The notes under the pieces: generated by a model | The model's input: the letters and a program-made list of their open reading frames with translations, nothing else | Databases searched by the model: none | Told to the model about the DNA's origin: nothing | Position numbers and translations under genes: made by a program | NCBI RefSeq assembly: GCF_004010195.1 | Contig: NC_057718.1 | Coordinates: forward strand, 19,219,905-19,283,904 | Length of the DNA: 64,000 bases | Direction of reading: 5' to 3' | DNA from: Chiloscyllium plagiosum | Lineage: Eukaryota | Shown: in pieces, positions 50,531 through 63,250 of the stretch | Position numbering within the stretch: the first letter of the stretch is position 1 | How the letters are laid out: every line of letters begins with the position of its first letter

Positions 50531-53500
50531 CTATATTAGGCCTGGAAGTTTTGGTTTTGTTTCTGTAATAGCGTACCAGGAAGCTGCCAGACTGTCATTT
50601 CTTTTGATGGAAACTGGATCACTTTGGGGAGGTGGGGGAATGGTGTAATCTCGAGGGCCAAGCTAATATTCTGGGGAACCTGGGTTCAAATCCCACTTGC
50701 GCAGAGAGTGAAATTGGAATTCAAAAATCTGCAATTAAAAAGCTAGCCTAATAGTGAGCACATAATCATTTTCGATTGTTGATTAATTTTTAAAAAACAC
50801 ATAGTTTACTCATGTCCTTTCTCACCTAGTCTGGCCTATGTGTGATTCCAGATACCACATCACAGCATGTGGCTCTTGATTGCCCCACTGAAGACAATGA
50901 GTAAGACTCTTGGTTCAAAGGGGGGCAATTAGGAACAGGCAGTGATACCTACATCCCATATAAGAAAAGCAATAAAAACAATTTGCAGATGTTACGAGTG
51001 AAGTAAATCCACTCTCCACACCCATTGTGCCTTCGTGTGACTCCAAGCACAAGGCAATGAGGTTGTCTCTTCAACCATCTTCTGAAATGGATGAGCAGCA
51101 GGAAGGTGATGGGGAGTACCATTGAGATATGAGTAATGAATGTAGGTCTTACCATTGGTAAGACACCCACATTCAGTGAATGAATTCGAAAAGAATGACC
51201 TGCATTTTCAACAGATCCTAGTGCTCGCTTGTTGTTTGCAAACAGAATTTAAATATTGACAAGTACTCTGGCTATGGAAATCATTCAGAGATTATAAACT
51301 ATCCTCTCCCACGCTCAATCTTTTCTCTCTTGCTTCTTTACTGAAGCTGGTATCTCAGAGCATGTTCCAGCTCCCCTCGGCACACTGACATCTTACTCAG
51401 TGGATGTCAAGTATCGGTTAGCTCAATTGGGTGAACAGTTGGATTGAGATGAGGCGTGATGGGTGGACAATGTGGGTTCAATTCTGACTGTGGCTAACAT
51501 GAAGGACTCTTCTTCCAACGTCACCGCTTGCCTGAGGCACAGTGACCCTCAGGTTAAACTCATGGTCAGGTACCTCTCTCTAACCAGATGGCGGTTGGAC
51601 GGTTCTGTGGAAGCTATGGCAACTTATGCCAGTGGACATTAACCTTGGACAGGCACCAAATCCAAGACTGACTTGACTCTCAACAATCTAACTCCCCACG
51701 CGTGCCTTCCAAAAAGCAATCATTGGATCGTGACCTCCAACAGGACATCTTTCACAAATAAATTTCTCCTCCCGAGATAATACCCAAATAGAGAGGTTAT
51801 ACCCTCTGGAAAAGATCTAATGGGTCAAGTTCCTTTTCTCTGGAAAAGAGAAAATAAAGAGCTGCCCAGGTGGGGCAATTAAGGATAGGTAACAGCGGTT
51901 GGCCTTGGCACTGATATTCACATCCCATAAACAAAATGAAAGGAGGTCTTTAGGGACATGAGAGGATTTGGTAGTGGACATGTAGCGAGGTCAGAGGTCT
52001 GAGGCAGTCACTGTCAAGAATTCAGAACAAACCATTTGACTAGAGAATGATGACAATGTGGAATCCACTACAGAAAGAAGTTGAGGGAAATGGTATAAAA
52101 TTATTTAAGGGCAAGCTCAACATAGGGAGGTAGAAAAGAATAGAATTGAATTGAGTTCTGATTGAGTTAAGCGAAGTGATGTTTGAAGAGGTTCGTGTAA
52201 AGTGTAAATACCAGCGTGGGCTCGTTGGGATGAATGGCCTATGGCTGCACTATAAATTCTTGGTGACTTTGTAAGGCTGCCCTTGCTTCTGCCTCAGGCT
52301 GAGATCAAGTAACATTGAGGAGAGATCAAATCAGGGAGAATCTTCCTAATCCACGGGGTTTCAGTCTCACATCTCGAGCTGAATTTGTGAGAATTATGCT
52401 TTAATGTCTGGCTGCGGCTGGGTTTCTTGTTTGAAATGATCAGTCTAGTAGTTGTTTTGGCAGAGGTACATGTTCGATAGAGGCACGGTGGCCAAACCAC
52501 AACACAACACTGTTTTTTGGATCGAGCTGTCCTCTCTGGTGGGTTTCCTGGCCTTTCACTTCTCCATCAATTACTTACAACGTCAGGAGGCCTTGTGTTC
52601 TGTCAGACCGCAACCTTTAATGGAACTGTTTGCTTTGGCTTTCACGGTTACTTTCCTACTTGGGGCTCTCCAACCTTCACCTGGCGCCACACAGGAAGGT
52701 CAGAATTTCAGAGTCAGCGCCACGTCACTCTTCATATTAGGCAAGTGGTTGGATCCCAGACAGTTACTGTGACCATTAAATCCAACTCAGGCTCTTCCCA
52801 AGGACTGGTGGGGAAAAATTGCAAGGATCTGGGAAAACAGTGGAGACTGGGTGAGAGTGACCGCATCACTCCTCAAAAAATCAGGCATAAATTCAGCGGT
52901 TTGAATGGTCTCCTCTTTATTGAGCTATTGGGTGGTTCTAAAATCTTGTACCTTGTTGTGTTTGCAAAACAATCTACATTATAAAATGAGTTCTAGTTTT
53001 CAGTGAGTGACCAGTGGATAAACAATAGCCTCTGAACTAGCTACTGTTCTGTCTCTGATAGAGAACTTGTATAAAAGACACCTTGCTAACCCTTTCTGAA
53101 TGTAGCCAGACTCTGCTTCATAAGGACTGATCTGCTGTGCAAGGCTACATCACGAATCAAAACGAGACAGGCACATTCATTCCCTTTGACAGAAGTTTTA
53201 ACAACATACATCATTTTTATCTCGTCATTATTTTAATAATACGCCAGCATGTTATCCTGCTCTTGAGAGAGCACACGTCCCTGTGAATGTTGGTGAGAGA
53301 ATGTAGAGGCTGCAGCAGTATGAAAAACAGATGAAGAGGTTCACGATCACACACTCAACCTGACAGCTACATTCGAGTGATTGGGACAATATTTACATTT
53401 ACACAAGGGAAATGTCAGTCCCGTTACAAGCAGACCTCGTCCTACAGTAGCTTATCACAAAGAACAAACCAAAACCCAGAAGGAGATGGTGAAAGCAAAA

Positions 53501-53899
53501 TCTGTGAGAGAGAAAACAGATCCATTCCAGTTAAAATGGAGTTGGAACTGAATAATATAGAACTGCTTAAGGGGAGGTGGGGGGGGCAGAATGGCCCACC
53601 CATGATCCTATTATCTTATGAACAAAGGGTATTATTTTCTTTAAGATGAAACACTTTTTTTTATTTTTAATACCTTTGTACTGCATTTGCCACAGAAATT
53701 ACATCATTTCTCTTCACCAATTGTTATTCCCTCCTTTTCTCTCAGGACATCACACTGACTGTGAGTAGTGCTTCTTAAATTGGGGTCTGTGGAGAGTTTC
53801 CAGGCAATGCACAGCCCACGGCTGGCTTCAGAGGGAGACACCAGCCAAGTGTAATCAAATTAAAGACATGCTCATTTCCCCATAGTGTCCCTGCACTCC

Positions 53900-55310
53900 T
53901 ACTGCTCCACTAGTGCTCTCTGCCACTCTGTGTCTCTCTCTCTCTCTCTCTCTCTTGCTCTCCCCATGCTCCCACTCTCTCCCCAAGTTCTCCCTTGTCC
54001 CTGCTTTCACCCTGTGCTCCCACTCTCTCCCCGTGTCCCGACATTCTCCTCATGCTCTCCATCGTTCCTGGTTTCTCGCCATCCTCCCACTCTCTTCCTG
54101 TCCTCCCTCGCACTCTCCCCCTGATCCCACTCTCCCTTGCTCACACTCTCCCCATGTTCTCATCTCATTCACATCTATCTCACTGCTCTCCACATATTTT
54201 CATAACTGGCTTGTTAAAAGTTTCCCTGTATCACTGCCTTTCGATTACAGCCTCCCAAAACAACTCAGGTGCTTACACCCGCACACTCCATGTCCAAATG
54301 AAGGAAACTTCCCAAAATCCTAATTTCCCTAACTGGCCAAGAGCTCCTCCATGTTTAGGTTCACTCACACTCACCCTCCCTCAACTCACCTCTCACTCAC
54401 ACTCACCCTCCCTCAACTCCACTCCCCTCTCCCTCACACTCACCCTCCCTCCTCAACTCCNNNNNNNNNNNNNNNNNNNNNNNNNNNNNNNNNNNNNNNN
54501 NNNNNNNNNNNNNNNNNNNNNNNNNNNNNNNNNNNNNNNNNNNNNNNNNNNNNNNNNNNNNNNNNNNNNNNNNNNNNNNNNNNNNNNNNNNNNNNNNNNN
54601 NNNNNNNNNNNNNNNNNNNNNNNNNNNNNNNNNNNNNNNNNNNNNNNNNNNNNNNNNNNNNNNNNNNNNNNNNNNNNNNNNNNNNNNNNNNNNNNNNNNN
54701 NNNNNNNNNNNNNNNNNNNNNNNNNNNNNNNNNNNNNNNNNNNNNNNNNNNNNNNNNNNNNNNNNNNNNNNNNNNNNNNNNNNNNNNNNNNNNNNNNNNN
54801 NNNNNNNNNNNNNNNNNNNNNNNNNNNNNNNNNNNNNNNNNNNNNNNNNNNNNNNNNNNNNNNNNNNNNNNNNNNNNNNNNNNNNNNNNNNNNNNNNNNN
54901 NNNNNNNNNNNNNNNNNNNNNNNNNNNNNNNNNNNNNNNNNNNNNNNNNNNNNNNNNNNNNNNNNNNNNNNNNNNNNNNNNNNNNNNNNNNNNNNNNNNN
55001 NNNNNNNNNNNNNNNNNNNNNNNNNNNNNNNNNNNNNNNNNNNNNNNNNNNNNNNNNNNNNNNNNNNNNNNNNNNNNNNNNNNNNNNNNNNNNNNNNNNN
55101 NNNNNNNNNNNNNNNNNNNNNNNNNNNNNNNNNNCTCCCTCCTCAACTCCACTCGCCTCTCACTCACATTCATCCTCCCTCCCCAGCTCCACTCGCCTCT
55201 CCCTCACACTCTCCTCCTCACACTCTCCCTCCTCTGCTCCACTTGCCTCTCCCTCGTACTAACCTTCCACAAACCTCTCACCTCCCATTCACATCACCTT
55301 CCTCAGCACC
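53900..55310. repeat. C/T-rich low-complexity / ctcacactcaccctccctc minisatellite spanning a gap
   Basis: Repeat units on both sides of the N-run at 54461-55134. Confidence 0.7.
54461..55134. other. Assembly gap
   Basis: Run of N. Confidence 0.99.
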
Positions 55311-55356
55311 ATTCACCTCTCTGCAGATAGGGGCGCTGGTCATCCAGCATTGCAGC

Positions 55357-55444
55357 CATCTCTGATTGACTGTCCTGTCATCTCTGATTGGCTATTCTGT
55401 CATCTCTGATTAGCTAAATTTGTCATCTCTGATTGGCTATCCTG
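55357..55444. repeat. 22-bp minisatellite, four copies (catctctgattggctattctgt)
   Basis: Units start at 55357, 55379, 55401 and 55424. Confidence 0.85.
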
Positions 55445-55919
55445 CCTCAGTAACCTGATTACAGGTACAGAGGGTGCCAGTGAGGTTGCCACATCCTGTA
55501 AAGTTGTGCCAGCAGCTGCCCCGACAGCACCCACAGGCCTGGGACCTCCACTCCACCCCAGTGCCTGTTGGGAAATTCTCCTTTGGTAGATGTAGTCAGC
55601 TGCAGGTTGAGAGAGATTGATTTGACATTGTCCAATTGGGATCTATTTCATGGACTCCCCTGATCCCATTTAATTGACTGAATCTGTTGCGATTTCTGGT
55701 GTTTTCTATCTGTGGTAAGAACACGTCTACATTCACTGCTACAGATATCAGCATGACAGTGTCGCATGGATCCCCAGAGCAAAGCAAATTTTTAAGAAGC
55801 CATACTGCAGGATTTGAGCCCATTGCCTTGATAGGTTGGAGATATCATCTAAAACATTAAACTGAGATCCCATTCTCTGGTCCTGGGGTGGCTGTAAAAG
55901 ATCTCATGGCAGGATTGGA

Positions 55920-56632
55920 ATGGATGTAGGTTTGCTCGCTGAGCTGGAAGGTTCATTTCCAGACATTTTGTCACCCTACTAGGTAACATCTTCAGTAGGC
56001 CTCCGGGCGAAGCATTGTTGATAATTCCTGCTTTCTATTTATATATTTGGGTATCTTTGGGTTGGTGATGTCATCTCCTGTGGTGACATCATTTCCTGTG
56101 GTTATGTTATTTTCTGTTTTTTTCTCAAGGGATGGTAGATGGGGTCTAACTCGATGTGTTTGTTGATAGAGTTCTGGTTAGAATGCCATGCTTCTAGGAA
56201 TTCTCGTGTGTGTCTCTGTTTGGCTTGTCCTAGGATGGATGTGTTGTCCCTGTCCAAGTGGTGTCCTTCCTTATCTGCATGTAAGGACACTGAGAGAGGG
56301 TCATGTCATTTTGTGGCTAGTTGATGTTCATGTATCCTGGTGACTAGTTTTCTGCCTGTTTGTCCAATGTAGTGTTTGTTACAGTTCTTGCACAGTATTT
56401 TGTAAATTACATTAGTTTTGCTTGTTGTCTGTAAAGGGTCTTTCAAGTAAATTTGCTGTTGTTTTAGTGTGTTGGTGGGTTTGTGGGCTACCATGATACC
56501 AAGGGGTCTGAGTAGTCTGGCTGTCATTTCTGAGGTGTCTTTGATGTAGGGGAGAGTGGCTAGGGTTTCTGGGTGCATTTTGTCTGCTTGTTTGGGTTTG
56601 TTGCTGAGAAATCAGCAGACTGTGTTCATTGT
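55920..56632 (-). mobile_element. Penelope-like (Poseidon-type) element: linker, GIY-YIG and 3' end
   Basis: LPYIKDTSEMTARLLRPLGIMVAHKPTNTL...VIYKILCKNCNKHYIGQTGRKL..RIHEH. Degenerate hammerhead at 55962-55995. Confidence 0.9.
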
Positions 56633-56849
56633 GTAGGGATAGGCTATGCAGTAGAGTTTAAGTTGCTCAAACTGATCTCCTGGTCATAATATCCAGTGTC
56701 CCACCACTGAGGCCGAATGGAATTAAATGGACTCTCAGCTGAGACAGCAGAAGGAACAATCTGGAAGTCCTTAAGCAACGGTGCTGTTATAGAAGGGTGC
56801 AGGACTGCGCTGAATGACCTCTGACTTCTGTACCTCTTGTGATATTTAT

Positions 56850-57180
56850 TCATCATCATCATTGATGATCCCTCGCAGTCAAGGATGACTCTGTTCCACT
56901 CTCAAGGTGAGTTGGTAAATGGCTGTACAGACTGATGCAGCTACCACAGGCTCTGTTACACCTGGGGCAGGTTGTGATCATGGCAAGGGATGGGTGCAGT
57001 GTTGGTATGGCGGAAACCTTTCCTTGTTTTCTCCTGGCTTCTGCTTATTCCCAACGGCAAGTCTTGAGTGCTCAACACCTCCCTGGATGCTCCTCCTCCA
57101 CTTTGGACGGTCTTGGGCCAGTGATTCCCAGGTGGCTGTGGGAATGCCGCACTTGACCAGTGAAACCTTAAGAGTATCCC
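56850..57180 (-). mobile_element. RTE-like LINE 3' end
   Basis: (GAT)n tail at ~56851-56862 preceded by a decayed C-terminal WRRS..G...L / C-x2-C...L.SH-like segment. Confidence 0.5.
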
Positions 57181-57584
57181 CGATATTTTGTGATATCTTG
57201 TGATATTATGATGCCACAAACATACAACAGCAAACTTGCCTTATTCAACAGTGTGAAATGGTTAATAGTGAATGCGCCACCCATTTCACATCTCTGCTGA
57301 TTAATATCAATGAAATAAAAGTCAGGAGAGACAGAACACAGAAAGCTGATTCATTATCGCCCACAATACACAATGCGAGAAAGTCACGGTTAGCCCAACG
57401 CTGTTTTTGCCAAATGCTTAATTTTTAAAATAATTTAGCTTATACTGTAATTACTTTGTCTAGCTTTCCAGGAATAGATTTCAGAAATGATTTAATTATG
57501 CATATTTTCTTAAAAAGATATCATTAGCTCTTGTGGAATAGTCTTGGTGTCCCTGCCTCTGAGGCAGGAAGCCTGGGTTCAAGT

Positions 57585-57675
57585 TCCTGAAGAAGGGCAT
57601 GTGCCCGAAACGTCGAATCTTCTGTTCCCTAGATGCTGCCTGACCTGCTGTGCTGTTCCAGCAATAAAGTTTCAG
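57585..57675 (+). mobile_element. 91-bp family-A PLE mini-insertion with a 12-bp TSD, inside a tRNA-like SINE head
   Basis: TSD ctgggttcaagt at 57573-57584 and 57676-57687. Confidence 0.85.
57587..57614 (+). ncRNA. Minimal hammerhead ribozyme motif, intact core
   Basis: CTGAAGA-A-GGGC(ATGT)GCCC-GAAACGTC. Confidence 0.75.
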
Positions 57676-59664
57676 CTGGGTTCAAGTCCCACCTGCTCCA
57701 GAGCTGTGTCATAATACAGCATATCTGAACAAGTTTGTTCGAAAATACCGACAAATAGTTCCATTATCAAAAGGGTAATCAGTTAGTTTAGAACAGCTTG
57801 AACGTACAGCAGATCAATGCAATGTCACAAACTCAATGCCTGGACCACTTGTGGCTGTTTATAGACACTTTCCTCCTGACCATGACCCATTCCCAATGAG
57901 GAATGCTGCTCATCCTGTTCTATGTATCTAATTGTCTCTGTCTAATGGAAAGAGACGCTGCTAGTCCTGTGTTGTATCTCGCTAACTACCTGAAAGGAGT
58001 CTGCTATTGAAAATGGCCTCACTTCCTGCATGTCGACACTGCAGAATCGAACCTGGGTACCTGGCGTTGTGAGGCAGCAGTGCTAACCACTTAGGCACAT
58101 TGCTGCCCAAATCTTAGGAAGTTACCTTCCATATGAGGAAAAATGCTTCCAAAAGCAGTAAGTACACATAACAGAGAATATTTTAGTCTTTCTGCTATCA
58201 TTATACATCAGGAAATTCAAAAATTAGCTGAGTGGACAGTTAACACAGGGTGACTGTGCGACAGGAATGGTGTATGGCATTTTGTGTTTCGGAACTTGCT
58301 GGTGGTTCTTCTATTTCTGTGAATCTATTATGTAGTCAAAGGGTTAAGTGCAGAAAGCCCTGTTGTTACTGCCAGATATCCTGCTGAATGTGGTCACACA
58401 AAAGCACTGCCAACACAGCAGATGGACAGCTGCAAGTAACTCATGAATTCAGACTGCGTTAAGATGCTTCAGTTATAGTTCATAACTTCATAGTTCATGC
58501 TTCTGATAAAAAAGTTTCTTCCGAGGAAGTGGGCATTTCTGGCTGGACGAGCATTTATCACCCATCTGCCATTTCCTCAGAGAAGTAACTTGTGAGCTGC
58601 GTGCTTGAACAGCTGCAGTCCATGGGATGAGGTTCGGGAGGGTTTCCAGGGTGTTGGCCCAGCCACAGTGAAGGAATGTGGATACCATTCCAAGTCAGGA
58701 TGGTGCATGATCTGGAGGGGAACTTGCAGGTGGGGATGCTCCCAGCTGCCTTTGCCTCCCAGACAGTCAGGGTCACAGTTCTGGGAGGGGCTACAAGCAG
58801 CACCTTTATAGAGCTGCTGCCCGATGTCTCGCAGATCTCACACACACACACCAATGCTAATCCTGCATTTGTATAAAACCCAATCATGTGTATGCAACAT
58901 CCCGAATTGCTTTGCAATAAATTCACTTATGCTTGTTACGTAGAGAAGGGGTTAGGTTTCTCAGGTGTGATTTTGGAAATCTTAAAATTTGATATAATGT
59001 TGGATTTTTCATGCTGAGGGATGTAATCCTGGTGATCTTCAATGGTGCTTTGCTCACACTGTCAGGAGGTGGCAGTAGCGAACCTGACATCCATGCCAGT
59101 CCTTTTCATAACGTGCAATCTCAACTCAGGAAATTCCTACATTTCAGTTTAGTGCTGCAATATAAAGAGGCCAGACCTTTGGATATGGTACCATGTCTGG
59201 GTCAATTCAGAAGCAGTACATATTGATGGATATAATGCTGAATAAATTCACACTTTTGTCACATTATGATCCAATTACCAGGAAGACCCAGCCTGTGTCA
59301 ATAAGTGCTCCCAGCACGTGTCGGGTCTCCCAGGGAAGTCTGCAACTTGAATGCTTTAAAATTAGACAGCGAATGGAGTAAGTCGATGGAAAAGGCTTAC
59401 CGGGTGAGGCTCAGATGTACCTGCTTTTGTACTGCAGCTGGGGCTTTACTGTAAAGATCGAATTGTATAACCTTGCATGGTAATGAGACACCTTATGACA
59501 CTGCAGTTCTCGCAGTGCATTGCAATTTGCATACATACAGCACATGAAGGCAGGGAGATGAGGCTGGAGTGCTGGGGTCTGATATCACAGAGACCACCCC
59601 TCACAGACAGGAGGAAAGCCATCACCTTGCTCTGGTTCCCCACATCTATGAGCAAATGGACCAA

Positions 59665-60525
59665 TTATAGAAAAAGGCTGAATAGGCTGGGACTTTTCTC
59701 AGTGGTGCATAGGAGGTTGAGAAGTGACCTTATGTAAGTTTACAAAATCATGAACGGTATAGACAGAGTTAATGGTAGTTGTCTTTCCCTTCGGATGGGC
59801 ACATTTTTAAGGTGAGGGGAGAGAGATTTAAAAAAGATATGAGTGCCGATTGTTTTACAGAGGGTGGTTCGCGTGTGGAATGAACTTCCTGAGGAAGTGA
59901 TGGATGTGGGTACAGTTACAACATTTAAAAGATATTTGGATACGTATATGAATAAGAAAGGTTTAAAGGGACGTGGGCCAGGAGCAGGCAGGTGGGACTA
60001 GTTTAGTTTGGATTAAGGTCAGCATGGAGTGTCATAGAGTCATAGAAATGTACAGCATGGAAACAGACCCTTCAGTCCAACCCGTCCATGCCAGTCAGAC
60101 ATCCCAACCCAATCTAGCCCCACCTGCCAGCATCCAGCCCATATCCCTCCAAACTCTTCCTATTCATATACCCATCCAAATGCCTTTTAAATATTATAAT
60201 CGTACCAGCCTCCACCACTTCCTCTGGCAGCTCATTCCATACACGTACCACCTTCTGTGTGAAAAGGTGGCCCCTTAGGTCCATTTTAGATCTTTCCCCC
60301 CTCACCTTAAACCTATGCCCTCTATTTAGACTCCACTACCCTGGGGAAAAGATCTTGGTTATTCACCCTAACCACGCCCCTCAAGATTTTATAAACCTCA
60401 ATAAGGTCACCCTTCAGCCTCCGATGCTCCAGGGAAAACAGCCCCAGCTCATTCAACCTCTCCCTATAACTCAAACTTTCCAATCACGGAAACATCCTTG
60501 TAAGTCTTTTCTGAACCCTTTCAAG
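59665..60525. mobile_element. Two CR1 3' fragments tail-to-tail (+ 59665-60030; - 60030-60525)
   Basis: RLNRLGLFS...RRLR.DL on the plus strand; the same family as 160-650 on the minus strand. Confidence 0.8.
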
Positions 60526-61279
60526 CTTCACCCTTCTCACTGGATTAGTAAAAATCCACCTCAGCCCCCAACCCCAGCACACCTTCTATGTTGTACAATT
60601 ATATAATATTAATGATATAGAGCTAAACCTATGCCTTCTAGTTCTGGACTCCCCGAACCCAGTGGTTGGACAGAAGGGTCTATTTCCTTGCTGTCTGGCT
60701 CTATGACTCTATGACCCTTTTTTTAAATTCAGTCCGCTGGCTATGGAGTCCTGTTTGGCATCAGTTTAGACACCCTCAATCATTCCCAAGGTGTAAGTAA
60801 ATTACCAGCATCACTCCAAATGGAAACACCAAGCTGTTGTGTGGCTGACAGTGTTTTTGTAAGGTCGAAGTAAGAGTGAAAAAGGAATGAGAAAAACAAA
60901 GGCATCTGTTTATGATACTGCAAGCTGTCAGCCAACATATCACAGAGTGACTAAATAAAGAGTATTGGTTATTCAGAAGGGGAGTGATTGGACATGGAAT
61001 GATTCCGAGTACTTTGGAATGATTATAAACCACAATCTAAATTAGGTTGTGGGAATGATGACTGTTTAATTATCACTGGGGCCTAAAATCTGCTTGGCAA
61101 GCCTCTGTCTGGAGATGATCTGAGTAGCAGCAGGAATTGCAACTTTTGAGATGTGGGATGACAATGATCCGAATGATGCCCAGTGTCTCACCCCCTACTG
61201 GCTCTCCACTGATTTCTCACATTCCTTGACATGGTCAGAACATGTACATTTCACAGATTATTACTGCCACTGCTTTAGA

Positions 61280-61745
61280 TGGAGCTACAGGGAGAGGCTG
61301 CCACTGCCAGCATTGGAGGTTTTGAGCTACAGGGAGAGGCTGAATACACTGGGGCTATTTTCCCTGGAGAGTCAGAGACTGAGGGGTGACTTTATAGAAG
61401 TTGATAAATCAAGAGGGGTATGGATAGGATAAATAGACAAGATATTTTCCCTAGGGTGGGGAACTCTATAACTAGAGGGCAAAGGTTTAAGGTGAGAGGG
61501 GCAAGATTTAAAAGGGACCTAAGGGGCAATCTTTTCACACAGAGGGTGGTGTGTGTATGGAATGGACTACCAGAAGAAGTGAGGGGGCTAGTACAATTAC
61601 ATTTAAAAGGCATCTGGATGGGTATATGAATAGGAAGGGTGTACAAAGTCTGGCAAATGGGACTAGCTTTAGTTAGGATATCTGGTCGGCATGGATGAGT
61701 TGGACCGAAGGGTCAGTTTCAGTGCTGTACATCTCTGACTCTCTG
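61280..61745 (+). mobile_element. CR1 3' fragment
   Basis: LSYRERLNTLGLFSLE.QRLRGD.IEV and FTQRVV.VWN.LPEEV motifs. Confidence 0.85.
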
Positions 61746-62040
61746 ACAATGCTAAGACAAGTTTGCAGAAAATTTGAAAATAAAGAGAAGTGATTTTGCA
61801 CTGTGCTATTCCTAATTACTATGAATTTATCGACCCTTTTCCAAAAAGAATAAAACAGCCCTCAGACTCACAACACTGCTTCAGGTTTATTAACTGGTAA
61901 ACTGTGCTCAAATTAAAGAGAAATATGTTTTACAATAAAACTCAGGTCATTTCCTTCCTCCCACTTCCATGATCCCATCACTTCACTTCCATTCTTCAGG
62001 AAAAGCACTACGTGTAAATGACTGGGTAACTCTTACTCAC

Positions 62041-62199
62041 CTGTGTTTCGAAGGGGACAAAGAGCACAGTCCATACCCCAGGCTTCTCCATACATACAGC
62101 AGCACTCAGTGTAGGTGGTCCTCCGATCCACTAGGGGTGACCCACACACAACCTCACTGCTCACAGCCTGCCAGCACACATCCTCTTCAGTGGTTTGTT
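62041..62199 (-). CDS. LTBP1/LTBP4: LTBP-family exon: last TB (8-cysteine) domain, (E)[52 protein letters not shown]
   Basis: TB-domain motif CW...C...TYTECCC.YGEAWG..C..CP. Acceptor gtctttttcag, donor G|gtgagt, 159 nt, phase 1-1. Confidence 0.95.
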
Positions 62200-62214
62200 C
62201 TGAAAAAGACCACA

Positions 62215-63250
62215 AGACCATCAGACATAGCAGCAGAAATAGGCCATTCAGCCCATCAAGTCTGCCGTGCCATTCAATATATCGTAGCAATAATCCTCAA
62301 CTCCATTTGGCTGCCTTTTCCCTGTAACCCTTGGTTCCCTTATTGATTAAAGTTCTGTCTATCTCAGCCTTGAATATATTTAATGACCCAGTCTCAACAG
62401 CCCTCTGCAGTAAAGAATTCCACAGATTTACTTCCCTCAGAGAGGAAATTCCTCCTCATCTCTCTCTTAAATATGTGACCCCTTATTCTGAGATTATGGC
62501 CCCTAGTCCTAAACTCTCCCACAAGGGGAAACAACTTTTCTGCATCTACCCTGCCAAGTCTCTGAAGAATTTTGCATGTTTCAATAAGGTTGCCTCGCAT
62601 TTTTCTATGTCCGAATGAGTACGGGCCCAGTCTACTCAAGCTCTCCTCACAAGACAGTCCCTCCATACCTAGTATCAGCTGAGTGAACTTTCTCTGGATT
62701 GCCTCCAGTGCCAGTAAAACTTTCCTTGCTTAAGGAGACCAAAACTGTTCATAGAATTTGAGTTGAGATCTGACTGGGGCCTTTATAAAGACCTCCCCAA
62801 TTTTATACTCCATCGCTTTGAAATAAAGGCCAACATTCCATTGACTTCCCTATTACCCGCTTAAACTGTTTGCTAGCTTTTTTAAAATGATTTATGCATG
62901 AAGATGTCCAAATCCTCACGTGCTGCCTCTTTCTGCAGTCTTTCTCCATATAAATAACGTTCAGCTCCTCTACTCCTCCTGCCAAAGTGCTTAACCTCAC
63001 ATTTTCCCATATCTGCCAGGTTCTTGCCCACGCACTTAACCTCTACCCAACAGTTTGTACCATCCTCACCACTCACCTTCCCATCTACTTTTAGATTATT
63101 TTCAAACTTAGTGACAGTTCATTCACTTCCCTAATCAAAGTCAAAGCCTATATATATATATACATAATATAGTAAACAATTATGGCCCCAACACTGATCC
63201 CTGCTGCACACCACTAGTTACATACTGCCAAGCAGAAAATGCCCACGTTA
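62215..63250 (-). mobile_element. CR1-type LINE 3' ~1 kb, decayed, ending just upstream of the LTBP exon acceptor
   Basis: KCEV.HFGR, GLS.EE.LSRLG.YS and RMRG.LIET.KIL motifs. Confidence 0.8.

Noticed and set aside
52452..52984. Overlapping 106-aa and 155-aa plus-strand ORFs
   Set aside because: No recognisable domain, antisense within the LTBP intron, and no convincing exon structure.
53995..55365. 456-aa and overlapping long ORFs
   Set aside because: Open only because they run through an N-gap and low-complexity C/T repeats.
55357..55444. CRISPR-like short repeat array
   Set aside because: Head-to-tail tandem repeats with no unique spacers, in a eukaryotic context.
62200..62290. N-terminal part of ORF 62033-62290 as a signal peptide for the TB domain
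   Set aside because: Lies in the intron (CR1 3' tail) upstream of a canonical acceptor at 62200-62201.
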